A stretch of 64,000 nucleotides of DNA from Myxococcales bacterium (GTDB lineage: Bacteria > Myxococcota_A > Polyangia > Polyangiales > Polyangiaceae): assembly GCA_016703425.1 (NCBI GenBank), contig JADJCA010000011.1:122050-186049 (forward strand), given 5' to 3'. The notes beneath the pieces are model-generated. The model worked only from the letters and a program-made list of their open reading frames with translations, was not told the DNA's origin and did no database searches. Every line of letters begins with the position of its first letter. Positions within the stretch are counted from its first letter, which is position 1. Below are positions 30,723 through 39,788 of the stretch, in pieces. A program made the position numbers and the translations under genes.

Positions 30723-31865
30723 TCAGGGCTTGGTGACGGTGCGCGTGTATTCGACGTTGCCGGCGTCATCCAAGAACTCGCCGGTGAGCTTCTTGCCATC
30801 GATCACGACGTAGAGGAATCCGGTGGCCTCTTTCTGGAACTGCGTCGGGTTCTTGGTGTTGATGGCTGTCGTGGTTGCGCCGCCACCCGAGACGATGAGC
30901 TCGGTGCCGTTGCACTTGTCGGTGAGCCACTGGCGGCTGTGGTCGTGTCCCGATAGATAGAAGTCGACGCGACCGCAGACGGCGTCTTCGAGGAAGTTCT
31001 TCACACCGCCGCCGTTGAACGGCGCGGGCAAGATGCAGAGGCCGCCGGGCGGATCGTAACAACCGGCGTTTCCGTGCGTGCCGTTTGAAAGGTACGGGTG
31101 GTGGCCCATGGCAATCTTCCACGTCGCCGTCGAAGCCTTCATCCAGGCTTTGAGGTCGGTTCGCTGGAGCGCGTCTTGGGCCCCGAAGAGCTTGCCGTCG
31201 CCGACGAGCGCGCTGTTGCCGACCATCGCCGAGTTCGTGTCGCCAACGAACAACTCGAGCGTGCCGCCGCCAAAGACCTGGTGGTAGTGCTTGGCCGGCA
31301 GCTTCCACTTCTTCGAGTGCTGCGTGTAGTCGACCTCGTTTTGACCGACCGCGAACGTCGTGCCCGCGCCATCGTTGCCGTAGTCGTGGTTGCCGAGGGC
31401 GACGTAGAACGGGATATCCAGGTTCTTGTAGGGCTCTTCGAAGATCTTCTGGAAGATCGGATCGGTCGGACTCGTCGCACCCGACGGGTAGATGTTGTCG
31501 CCGAGGAGCAGGCCGAAGTCGCAGCCGTCCTTGGCGCACTTGGCCTCCATGGCCGCCGCCACCTTGCACTGACCGTCGGTGGGCGCCGCGTCCGTCGCCG
31601 TGCAACCCTTGCCTTGGTCACCGAGGGCGACGAAGCGGACCGGCGTCCGCGGGCCCGTGTCGGCGTCGACGCCTGTGTCGGGCACCGTCGCGTCGGGACC
31701 TGTCGGCGAGGTCGCCGTGACTGTGGCCGTAGGCTTGGTGCTCGCGGTCGTCGAGGCCGAGGGAGTCGTGTCAGGCGCCGCAGGCGCCGTGTCGCCGCAG
31801 GCAAAGGCGCTCACGGCCATCGCGCCCGAAACAGCGGCGAGAATCAGGACAGGGACTTTGAGCAC
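30723..31865 (-). CDS. metallophosphoesterase (calcineurin-like / purple-acid-phosphatase-like) lipoprotein
   Basis: Metallophosphatase motifs ALGDQG, LLLGDNIYP, ALGNHDY, MGHHPY and SGHDHS. Start taken at GTG 31865 (MLKVPVLILAAVSGAMAVSAFAC, lipobox). The 120 upstream codons of the track ORF (to 32243) are Arg/Pro-rich junk that overlaps the YyaL C-terminus. Confidence 0.7.
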   Translation of the reverse strand: MLKVPVLILAAVSGAMAVSAFACGDTAPAAPDTTPSASTTASTKPTATVTATSPTGPDATVPDTGVDADTGPRTPVRFVALGDQGKGCTATDAAPTDGQCKVAAAMEAKCAKDGCDFGLLLGDNIYPSGATSPTDPIFQKIFEEPYKNLDIPFYVALGNHDYGNDGAGTTFAVGQNEVDYTQHSKKWKLPAKHYHQVFGGGTLELFVGDTNSAMVGNSALVGDGKLFGAQDALQRTDLKAWMKASTATWKIAMGHHPYLSNGTHGNAGCYDPPGGLCILPAPFNGGGVKNFLEDAVCGRVDFYLSGHDHSRQWLTDKCNGTELIVSGGGATTTAINTKNPTQFQKEATGFLYVVIDGKKLTGEFLDDAGNVEYTRTVTKP

Positions 31866-31891
31866 GGTGGCCTTCAACGCGTGGAGGTTGC

Positions 31892-31920
31892 AGCAAAAAA
31901 AGCCTCCCCCGGAGGGCTTC
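31892..31920 (-). terminator. putative terminator hairpin downstream of the YyaL-like gene
   Basis: On the minus strand AAGCCCTCCGGGGGAGGCTT is followed by TTTTTTTGCTG. The stem is imperfect (one bulged G). It lies 70 nt after the stop at 31990. Confidence 0.4.
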
Positions 31921-31989
31921 TTCCGGGGGACCGTAGCGCGTTGGCCCCGAGAATCAACGTCTCTCCCTGGTCCAGGCCGCGTTGAATGC

Positions 31990-34133
31990 CTAGCCAGCGA
32001 GGATCGCGCGGAGGTCGGCCGGCGCCGAGACGGGAGCGGAGCACGCCCTGCCGCGGCACACGTAGGCAGCGGCCACGGGCCCTCCGCGCTTGCCGTCGGC
32101 GAGCGCGCGGCAGGCGGCGCGCGTCTCAGGATCGTCGGGGTCAAGCCAGGCCACAACGCGCGCCCCCGCGTCGCCGGGACTCCGAAACGCGGCGTCGGCG
32201 AGGGCTTGCGCCTCGGCGCTTGCCCGGCGCCCCACGATGACAACCTCCGTAAAGCCGGAGACCATGGCGGAAAGGACGTTCACCGTTTGACTCATGCCGA
32301 GCGGCTGCTTGAGGGCCATAGGGGCAAGCCGCTCAAGGGCGACGCGAGCCCGCGACGCGTCTTCGCCGGTGAGCGCCTCGAGGCGCAAGAGCGCCGAGGT
32401 GAGCATTGAGACGCCGCTGGGGATGGCGTGGTCGAACGGGTCCTTCGCACGCACGAGGAGCGCCGGCGCGTCGTCGGGCGTGAAGAAGAAGTCGCCGTGT
32501 TCGCCGTCGTGAAAGTGTGCGAGTCCCCGCGAACGATGCGCGTCGCGACGTCAACGTAACGCGGCGCCCCCGTTGCCCCGTAGAGATCGAGGGCGGCGCA
32601 CGCGAGAAAGCCGACGTCGTCGAGGAAGCCTTGCCCTTTGCCCTGCCCTTCCATCGACAGTCGGCGAGGCCGCAATCGCTCGCCAACGGCGACGAGCAGC
32701 TCGCGCTCGACGAATGCAAACGCGCGCTCCGCCATCGCAAGGAGCTTTGGCGCCGCGAGCGTTCGCGAGGCGCCGGCGAGCGCGCCGATGAGGAGCGCGT
32801 TCCAGCTCGCGAGAATCTTGTCGTCGCGAAGCGGTCGCACGCGCGCGGCGCGCGCCCTTAGGAGCGCGACCTTGCCCCGCTCGAGCGCCGCGCGAGCCAC
32901 CGAATCGTCGAGACCGAGCTCCTCGGCGACGGCCCCGATGGAGCGGGCCTCGTGGAGCACGCAGGTGCCGCTTTCTTCGAAGTTGCCCTCCTCGGTGAGG
33001 CCGAAGAATGCCTCGAGCACGCGAAAGGCGTCGGCGTCGCCGACGAGGAGCGCCGCCACCTCGCCGCGCGACCAAACGAAATAGCGCCCCTCCTCGCCTT
33101 CGCTGTCGGCGTCTTGGCTCGAGTAGAAGGCGCCGCCCGCGTCGGTCATCTCGCGCTCCAGGTAGGCTGCGATGTCGAGCGACGTTTGCCGGTAGCGCTC
33201 GTCGCCAAAGCTGCGAAACGCGTCCGCGTAGAGGCGCAAGAGGAGCGCGTTGTCGTAGAGCATCTTCTCGAAGTGCGGCACAAGCCACGCTTCGTCGGTC
33301 GAGTAGCGGTGGAAGCCGCCCCCGAGCTGATCCCAGATGCCGCCGGCCCGCATGCCGTCGAGGGCCAAGCGCACGCGCCGCTCGGCGCCGGCGTCGCGCT
33401 CGTGAACGGCCCTTCGGAGCAGGACGTCGAGGGCCATCGTGTTCGGGAACTTGGGACGATGACCGAAGCCGCCGTGCTCGTCGTCGAAATTCTTGGCGAC
33501 GCGCGCGGCCGCGGCGCCGAGCGCCTCGCTCGTCAACGCGGCGCTCGCGCCCGCTTCGCCGCCGACGTCTCTTGTCACGCCTTGTGTCACGTCTTGCGTG
33601 ACGTCTTGTGTCACGCGCGTGATGGCGCGCGTGAGCTCGTCGGCTTGACCGGTGATCTCGGAGCGGCGCTCGCGGTAGGCCTCGGCGAGGGCGGCGAGCA
33701 CGCGTGGGAAGCCGGGACGCCCGTATTTGTCGGCCGGTGGGAAATACGTGCCGCCGTAGAAAGGGCGCTCGTCAGGCGTAAGGAAGACGGTGAGAGGCCA
33801 GCCGCCACCCTGCCCCATGAGCTGGACCACCACTTGATAGATCTGGTCGAGGTCGGGGCGCTCCTCGCGGTCAACCTTGATGCAAACGAAGTGCTCGTTC
33901 ATGAGCGCCGCGATGGCGTCGTCTTCGAACGACTCGCGCTCCATCACGTGACACCAGTGGCACGCCGCGTAGCCGACGCTGAGGAGGATGGGCTTGTCGG
34001 CCTTGCGCGCGAGGGTCAGCGCTTCATCGCCCCAAGGAAACCAGTCGACGGGGTTCGCCCCGTGTTGCCTCAAGTACGGCGAGGCCTCGTGGGCCAGTCG
34101 ATTGAGGCGCGGGGCGCTGACCTTGCCTTGCAT
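31990..34133 (-). CDS. thioredoxin-domain protein of the YyaL/DUF255 (N-acylglucosamine-2-epimerase-like) family, with an apparent frameshift near 32500-32530
   Basis: N-terminus [54 protein letters not shown] (thioredoxin CxxC). The real-looking C-terminus ([39 protein letters not shown]...[24 protein letters not shown]) is in a different frame (track ORF 31990..32454). The 613-aa frame dissolves into Ser/Thr/Arg junk after ...[10 protein letters not shown]. Confidence 0.7.
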
Positions 34134-34184
34134 CGCCCCGATGTAGCGTCACGGCCCCGCGATGGCTAGCGCGCGGGGCGCGGA

Positions 34185-35513
34185 CTACGCCGCGGTGATC
34201 TCGACGCGAAGCAGCTTGCGACCGATGAAGATGTAGTCGCCGTGGGACAGCTCGCGCTCTTGCGTGAGGCGCACGTAGGTCCCGTTGCGGCTGTTTAGAT
34301 CGGTGAGCGAGTACTTGCCGCTCTGGTCCTCGATGCGGCAGTGCGTCGCGCTCATGTAGAGGTCCGTGGGGAAGTTGAGATCGCCGCCCTCGCGGCCGAT
34401 CTGGAGCGAGGCGCCCCGGGCGCACGCCGTCATGCCGAGGCCGCCGCCTTGAAGGAGCTGCGTCACGCGGAAGCCGCTCTGGTGTTTCGGCGACGCGTAG
34501 AAATACGTGCCGTCGGGTCCAGGCCCTTCGTTGGCCTGTGGGGCCGTGTCGAAGCGGAAGAGCTGTTCGCCGCAGAGGAACGAGTCGCCGGGGAGGAGAT
34601 CCACGGTGCCGCGCACGCGCAGGTAGACGCCGTTGAGCGAGCCCTCGTCGCGCACGACGAGCTTGCCGTTGCGGTAGAAGAGGTTCGCGTGTTTCGGTGA
34701 GACGAAGGGATCGTCGGGGAAGACGAGTTGGCCCGTGCGACCGACGACGTGTTGCTCAGCGTTGAGCTGATAGCTGAGGCCTTCGACGCCTTCGCCGCGA
34801 ATGAGGATCAGCTTGGCCTTGCCGGGCACCTGAAGCTGACCAAAAAACTGCGTGCGCGCGTTGACGATCTCCGGCGGAATCCCGGCCCCGCAGCGACCAC
34901 AGAACTTGTGCCCCATGGGGACCGGCGTCGAGCATGAGCGGCAGACGAAGTGCTTGGCTTGTTCCATTTGCTCCTCCAAGGAGAGTGAAGACCAACCGAG
35001 CGAACCGCTCGATGATTGCGGCGTCGCATGACGCGGCGCTGGGGTAGAACGTCGCGGGGCGTGGCTCGGTGCGCGTAGCGGTTCGCCGCGCGGCGGTGTT
35101 TGGCGCCCCGGCGGGTTCCCGACCCCCGGTGAGTTCCCGTAGGGCGGCATCGCCGGGGTGACCGACGCCGAGACCGCCGCCACCTGATCGTCGGACGGAG
35201 AACGCCGAGGCTTCAGGCGCTGATCGAAGACCGACGACGGAGGGCCGTTGTCGATCCTCACGAGGTGCTCGGCGCGCGGCGTGATCTCCGTCTCGTCGAA
35301 GCTCGGCGGCTCGAACCTCGTGCGAGGCGCGTCGAGCTCGACGTCGGGAACTCGAGGTTTGCCCGGGCCTGCCGGCGCGTCGGCCATCACCGACGGGCCG
35401 ATGCCCAGCCAGAGGCTCAGGTTCTGCCCGCAATCGGAGCACGAGCGGGCCCCCATCGGGCTCAGCCGATCGCATTTGCCGCAGGCGATGCCGATGTCGA
35501 TCTCGTCCATCAC
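34185..35513 (-). CDS. FHA-domain protein with two zinc-ribbon motifs and two FHA domains
   Basis: Zn-ribbons CGKCDRLSPMGARSCSDCG and CRSCSTPVPMGHKFCGRCG. FHA cores VVGRTGQLVFPDDPFVSPKHANLFYRNGKLVVRDEGSLNGVYLR and QIGREGGDLNFPTDLYMSATHCRIEDQSGKYSLTDLNSRNGTYVR. A Pro-rich linker joins them. Confidence 0.75.
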   Translation of the reverse strand: MMDEIDIGIACGKCDRLSPMGARSCSDCGQNLSLWLGIGPSVMADAPAGPGKPRVPDVELDAPRTRFEPPSFDETEITPRAEHLVRIDNGPPSSVFDQRLKPRRSPSDDQVAAVSASVTPAMPPYGNSPGVGNPPGRQTPPRGEPLRAPSHAPRRSTPAPRHATPQSSSGSLGWSSLSLEEQMEQAKHFVCRSCSTPVPMGHKFCGRCGAGIPPEIVNARTQFFGQLQVPGKAKLILIRGEGVEGLSYQLNAEQHVVGRTGQLVFPDDPFVSPKHANLFYRNGKLVVRDEGSLNGVYLRVRGTVDLLPGDSFLCGEQLFRFDTAPQANEGPGPDGTYFYASPKHQSGFRVTQLLQGGGLGMTACARGASLQIGREGGDLNFPTDLYMSATHCRIEDQSGKYSLTDLNSRNGTYVRLTQERELSHGDYIFIGRKLLRVEITAA

Positions 35514-35666
35514 AGGGGGCGGGGGCTCGTAGCGGCGCCTGCCTCGGCGCAGGAATGTACCGCAACCTCGCGGTCCGTTGCGCCCAAGAACGGCTCCCGG
35601 GACCGGGCTCAGGCGGGCGCGCGCAAGCGCCCGAACTCATGGCCCCTCTGCTCATGGTCGGCGTCC

Positions 35667-36302
35667 TCACCAGAGAAATGTGAAACGGCCCTTCGCGTCA
35701 CCGATGCCGGCTGCGCTCCAGAGCCGGTAGACGATCTGAAGGCACGTATCGGGATTGACCGCGCCGAAGTCGCGCGAGTCGAGGTGGATGCGCCGGTTGT
35801 CGCTGGCGAGAAAGAGCTTCCCCGCCTCGACTTTGCCGCGGAACTCGGCGTCGTGATCGGTGATGCCGCGGATGATGCCTTGCCGCCGGCCGGCAAACTC
35901 CTCGAAGTGGCACGCCAGGTCGACCTCGAGGGAGTTCTGCGGGACCGTCAGCGTGAGCGTCGGCGGATCGCACGGGCTGCCGGTCGGCTCGCGCTTGCCG
36001 TTGATGCGCATCGTGTCGTCGTGAATGTGCACCTCTTCACCGGGGAGCCCCACGACGCGCCCGAGCACGAAGCGCCCCGGCGCGTCGGGATCGAGGCAGC
36101 GCACGAGCTCACCCTGATCGGCCTTGGAGCGGCGCCCTACGAGGAGGACGTCGCCGGCCATCATGTTGGGCTGGATGGACGCGGAGAGCAGCGGATCGTC
36201 GGTGGGCACGGTCCACACCTCCACGACGGTCAACATGAGGACCCCGACGAAGGCGGCGAGGATGAGCCCGGCCCAAACGACGAATTTGCCGAAACCTCGC
36301 AT
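35667..36302 (-). CDS. lepB: signal peptidase I (S26 family)
   Basis: N-terminal TM anchor. Box B SASIQPNMMAGD (catalytic-Ser region), box D RINGK and box E LASDNRRIHLDSRDFG (GDNR...S.DSR). A GGGAGGG RBS lies upstream of ATG 36302. Confidence 0.8.
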   Translation of the reverse strand: MRGFGKFVVWAGLILAAFVGVLMLTVVEVWTVPTDDPLLSASIQPNMMAGDVLLVGRRSKADQGELVRCLDPDAPGRFVLGRVVGLPGEEVHIHDDTMRINGKREPTGSPCDPPTLTLTVPQNSLEVDLACHFEEFAGRRQGIIRGITDHDAEFRGKVEAGKLFLASDNRRIHLDSRDFGAVNPDTCLQIVYRLWSAAGIGDAKGRFTFLW

Positions 36303-36333
36303 TCAATTCCCTCCCACGAGGGGAGCCTCATCC

Positions 36334-36414
36334 GGGTAGTGCTGGCGGGTAGTGCTGACGGGCAGTGCTGACGGGTAGTGTTGACGTCGACCGGGAAGGT
36401 TAGCCGTGCTGACG
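36334..36414. repeat. tandem 13-bp direct repeats (GGGYAGTGYTGRC x4 plus a partial fifth) in a divergent promoter region
   Basis: Four contiguous units: GGGTAGTGCTGGC, GGGTAGTGCTGAC, GGGCAGTGCTGAC and GGGTAGTGTTGAC (36334-36385). A related AGCCGTGCTGACG follows at 36402-36414. The array lies between the lepB start (36302) and the CAP-lipoprotein start (36582). Confidence 0.8.
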
Positions 36415-36581
36415 CTCGCCGGCCAAGCCAGCGACCGGTCGCGATGGAACCAAGTGAAGCCGGCGGGAGACAAGGAGCCGATCCAACCCGAACGGAACGG
36501 CCTCCGCGGGGCGCCCGAAACGGGGCCATTGCAGCTCCAGCAGATCGACGCCGCTGGCGAGGATCCTGCTTACGTGGGGGC

Positions 36582-37232
36582 ATGCCTCGACTCCTTGCCC
36601 CGCAGATGCTGGCCCTCACGGTTTCCGCGCTGCTCGCCGTCACCGGCTGCAGCGGGACCGACGGGATCGTCATTCCCGACGGCGAGCCCGGCAACGCCAG
36701 CGCGCAGGTCACCATGGTGCAGAGCCCCTTGCCGGAGGCCCAAGGCGCGACCATCGACGCGGGGGTCGCCGAAGGCCCCGATGCAGGGGCCTGGGTGCCG
36801 CCGAGCGCTGATCCGCTCCCGCCCTCACTGCCCACACCGGGCATCGTGCCACCGGCGCCGGCCACGCTCGAAGCGCTCCACGCGGGGTGCGTGGCGCTCG
36901 TGAACGGATACCGCGCCAGCGTGGGCCGGCCCGCGCTCATTCGCGCGCAGGGAGCCGAAGCGTGCGCCGACGCGCAGGCGAGCTTCGACGCACACAACGG
37001 GACCGCGCACAGCGGCTACCGTCGGTGCGCCGAACAAGCGCAGAACGAGTGCCCCGATTGGCCGGGCGCGAACGTGTCGCAAGCGCTGGCGAGCTGCCTC
37101 CAGACGATGTGGAACGGCGGCCCGTCGGGCAGCCACTTTCGCAACATGGCGTCGACGCAGATCTCGTATGTCGCCTGCGGGTTCTACCAGGCGCCCAACG
37201 GCCGCTACTGGCTCGTTCAAAACTTCCGTTGA
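36582..37232 (+). CDS. CAP/SCP (PR-1-like) domain lipoprotein
   Basis: ATG 36582 gives MPRLLAPQMLALTVSALLAVTGC (lipobox). The C-terminal module has CAP-family hallmarks (HAGCVALVNGYRASVGRPAL...HSGYRRCAEQ...GSHFRNMASTQISYVACGFY). The track start at 36378 is an Arg-rich extension. Confidence 0.6.
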   Translation: MPRLLAPQMLALTVSALLAVTGCSGTDGIVIPDGEPGNASAQVTMVQSPLPEAQGATIDAGVAEGPDAGAWVPPSADPLPPSLPTPGIVPPAPATLEALHAGCVALVNGYRASVGRPALIRAQGAEACADAQASFDAHNGTAHSGYRRCAEQAQNECPDWPGANVSQALASCLQTMWNGGPSGSHFRNMASTQISYVACGFYQAPNGRYWLVQNFR

Positions 37233-37282
37233 GCGGGCATTGCGCGAGGAAGCCCGCGATGCGCAGCGCGCGCTGAACGCAG

Positions 37283-38257
37283 CTACGGCGCTTCTTCCCT
37301 CGAAGCGGCCACGGCGGCGCGCTGAAAATTGCGAGCCTTGAGCGCGTAAGGCCCGGACGGTCGCTCGCGCAGGTGGTTCTCGAAGCTGTCGGCGGAGGCG
37401 AGAAACTTCCGCATCCGGAACTGGGCGACGCCCTTGGCGAAGGCGACCGGGTACGACGGATCGAGGTTTGCGAAGCGCTGAATGCGGTCGAGGCGCCAGT
37501 TCTCCGCCGAGAGCCGCTCGCCCGCGGCGATGGCGTCGCATGCGGCGCGGTCTTTGGCGCCCTTGCGCGCGGCGTCGAAGGCTCGAATTTGCGGCTCCGG
37601 CGCGTGCGGCAGGCGGAAGTAGAGCCCGTAAAGGACGCGCGTCTCGTCGAGCGTCACGGCGAAGTCGGCACGCTTCTCGACGCCCGCAATGCCGTTCCAC
37701 GTGGACTTGTAGGCGACCCGCCGCTCTTCCTCCGTCAAGAGCACGTGGCGGCCCCGAATCCAACCGACGGCGCGCATGCGCTCGATGAAGGGACCGCCGA
37801 GCGCTTGGAGTTCCGCGGAGATCGCGCCAGTGGTCTCGAAGCGACGCACCTCCGCGAGGAACGCCTCGAGCTGCACTGCGCGTAGAGCGCGCAGCGGCTC
37901 TACGCCAGAAGCGAGGAGCGTGGGAAGGAGGCGGTCGAGGGCGCCCCGCGACTCCGAGATGCGCGACGCGTCGGCGCCGTCACTCTCGAGCTTGTTCCAA
38001 TCGCGGATGAGCGAACCGAACTCGCGGACTTGGGACGGCAAAGGCGCTGACCGGGCCCCCGCGGCAAGGGCCAAGTCGCGCGTGATCTCGCGGCGAAGCG
38101 CGACGCCGTCCACCTCGGGCACCGGCACCACGTCAGGCGGCGCAGGGCGCGGCGCCAGAAACGCGGCGAAGGCCACGCACGCGAGCACGGGAACCGCCGC
38201 GAGCCAGCGCCCGTGCGCGCCGCGCGCCGCCCCAAGTTCGATGCTCCAGAGCCGCAC
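37283..38257 (-). CDS. hypothetical signal-anchored protein
   Basis: 324-aa ORF with an N-terminal hydrophobic segment (WLAAVPVLACVAFAAFLA), then a charged, helix-rich body with normal composition and high GC3. No family recognised. Confidence 0.5.
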   Translation of the reverse strand: MRLWSIELGAARGAHGRWLAAVPVLACVAFAAFLAPRPAPPDVVPVPEVDGVALRREITRDLALAAGARSAPLPSQVREFGSLIRDWNKLESDGADASRISESRGALDRLLPTLLASGVEPLRALRAVQLEAFLAEVRRFETTGAISAELQALGGPFIERMRAVGWIRGRHVLLTEEERRVAYKSTWNGIAGVEKRADFAVTLDETRVLYGLYFRLPHAPEPQIRAFDAARKGAKDRAACDAIAAGERLSAENWRLDRIQRFANLDPSYPVAFAKGVAQFRMRKFLASADSFENHLRERPSGPYALKARNFQRAAVAASREEAP

Positions 38258-38263
38258 GGGAGA

Positions 38264-38590
38264 GTGATATCATACGGCCCCGTGACAGAAGAGCATCGCC
38301 GTAGCCCTCGTGTGCCCCTCGACGCCGACGTCCTGCTTGAGCATGGCAACCGCTCGCTCGAAGGGCGATCCAAGGACATCTCGCTCGGTGGCATGTTCGT
38401 CCTCTTGAACGAGTCGTTGCCCTTCGGTGCAGCCATCACGGTTCGCTTTCGCCTCCCGTCGGGTGAAGGACCGATGGCCCTTCAAGGCATCGTGCGCTGG
38501 GAACGCACCGACGGCGTCGGGGTGCAGTTCGGCCCCGTCGGCGCAAAAGAGACCTTCGCGATCACCGAGTGGGTCCGCACGGCTGGTTAG
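38264..38590 (+). CDS. PilZ-domain protein (c-di-GMP receptor family)
   Basis: PilZ motifs RRSPRVPL (RxxxR) and DISLGGMFV (D-x-S-x-GG). The start is uncertain (GTG 38264 or 38282). The track start 38213 would overlap the divergent upstream gene. Confidence 0.65.
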   Translation: MISYGPVTEEHRRSPRVPLDADVLLEHGNRSLEGRSKDISLGGMFVLLNESLPFGAAITVRFRLPSGEGPMALQGIVRWERTDGVGVQFGPVGAKETFAITEWVRTAG

Positions 38591-38645
38591 GCCTCGCGTC
38601 TGCCGGACGCTGCCGGCCAGAGCTTGTCGCCTCGGCCGTCCCGCC

Positions 38646-39788
38646 TCAGTGCTCGGTGACGATGGTCATGCGCCGTGAGCTGGAGGGGCCGAAGCGTCCC
38701 TTGAAGACCGCCTCCGACGCGCACGACTGAACGACCGGCGCCAAAGGCGGATCGAAGCGAACGATCTTGGGCGTGCCCGCCGCGTCGGCGTCGACGATGA
38801 GCGTGGTTGACACGGTGACGCGCACGGCGCCCTTGACGATGCTTCGCTCGATGCAGCCACGCACGGCGAGCGCCACGTCTTCCGGCGTGAGCGGCGCCGG
38901 AGCGGCCACGTGACCTGCGTCGACGCGCGGAGTCGAGGGCGGCGCGGCGGGCGCGGGTGCGGGCGGCTTCTCGGGGGTCTTGGCGGAAACCTCCGGCGGC
39001 GCCGTGACGACCTCCGCCTTGATGACGCGAACATCGTCCGGGCGATCGAGGTCGAGATCGACGTGGGCCGGCGCCGTGATGCGCGTGCCCTCGGTCATGC
39101 CCGCCAGCGGCACCGGGCCGATGACGATGGTTCCCTCCGTGAGGTCGACGCTCGCCTTTTGTCCGCTGCGAACGACCCGCAAACGAGTTCCGCGAACGGC
39201 CACGCGGAGCGGGCCGACGTCGACCACGAAGGCCTCGCCGCTCGACACCGGATCAACTTCGGCGTCGACGGAGCCGGCGAGGAGCGCGAGGGCGAGCGGC
39301 ATGCGTGCATGTTGCACACTAACCTTGGCGCCCGCCTCGAGTCGCCACGCGACGCCTTTGTTTGGTGACTCGGTCATGGAGTGGAGCGAGGCGCGACTCG
39401 TCGTCTCGATGCGATCGCCCACGACGACGCCGCCGGCGCGGGGCCGAACCTGTCCCGTGGCGGAGAGGATGTGGAGCCCCTCACCGGTCGTCACGGTTGC
39501 GACGGGCGTCGGCGGTGCCTCCCGGACGGGGGGTGCAGGACGAAAAAAGAGCGTCGCCGCGGCGGCCGCCGCGAGCAAAACGCCCGAGACGACGGCGACG
39601 ACCGGCGGCCTACCTCGCGCGGCGAGGGCCGAGACGGGCATCGACCCGGGCGGGCCGTTGACACGATGCTCGAGCGCGTCGTCGATGCCCGACCAGTCGC
39701 CTGAAGCACCGCGACGGGGCGGCGTGAAGTGCTCGCGCGCCTCGCGAAGAAGCGCCGGCAATCCGTCGGGTCGCGCCTTGCGTGTCAT
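38646..39788 (-). CDS. anti-sigma factor with a periplasmic FecR-like domain and a C-terminal AgmX/PglI-type Cys-pair domain
   Basis: ATG 39788 (MTRKARPDGLPALLREAREHF) overlaps the sigma-factor stop (ATGA). TM segment VVAVVSGVLLAAAAAATLFF. FecR-like core GGVVVGDRIETTSRASLH...WRLEAGAKVSV. The C-terminal domain (RGCIERSIVKGAVRVTVSTTLIVDADAAGTPKIVRFDPPLAPVVQSCASEAVF) resembles the repeated domains of the 52833 gene. The track ORF carries 132 junk codons at its N-terminus. Confidence 0.65.
   Translation of the reverse strand: MTRKARPDGLPALLREAREHFTPPRRGASGDWSGIDDALEHRVNGPPGSMPVSALAARGRPPVVAVVSGVLLAAAAAATLFFRPAPPVREAPPTPVATVTTGEGLHILSATGQVRPRAGGVVVGDRIETTSRASLHSMTESPNKGVAWRLEAGAKVSVQHARMPLALALLAGSVDAEVDPVSSGEAFVVDVGPLRVAVRGTRLRVVRSGQKASVDLTEGTIVIGPVPLAGMTEGTRITAPAHVDLDLDRPDDVRVIKAEVVTAPPEVSAKTPEKPPAPAPAAPPSTPRVDAGHVAAPAPLTPEDVALAVRGCIERSIVKGAVRVTVSTTLIVDADAAGTPKIVRFDPPLAPVVQSCASEAVFKGRFGPSSSRRMTIVTEH

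Noticed and set aside
36334-36414. Possible CRISPR array
   Set aside because: Units are 13 bp, directly abutting with no spacers. There are only four copies and no cas genes. Treated as a tandem direct repeat or regulatory array.
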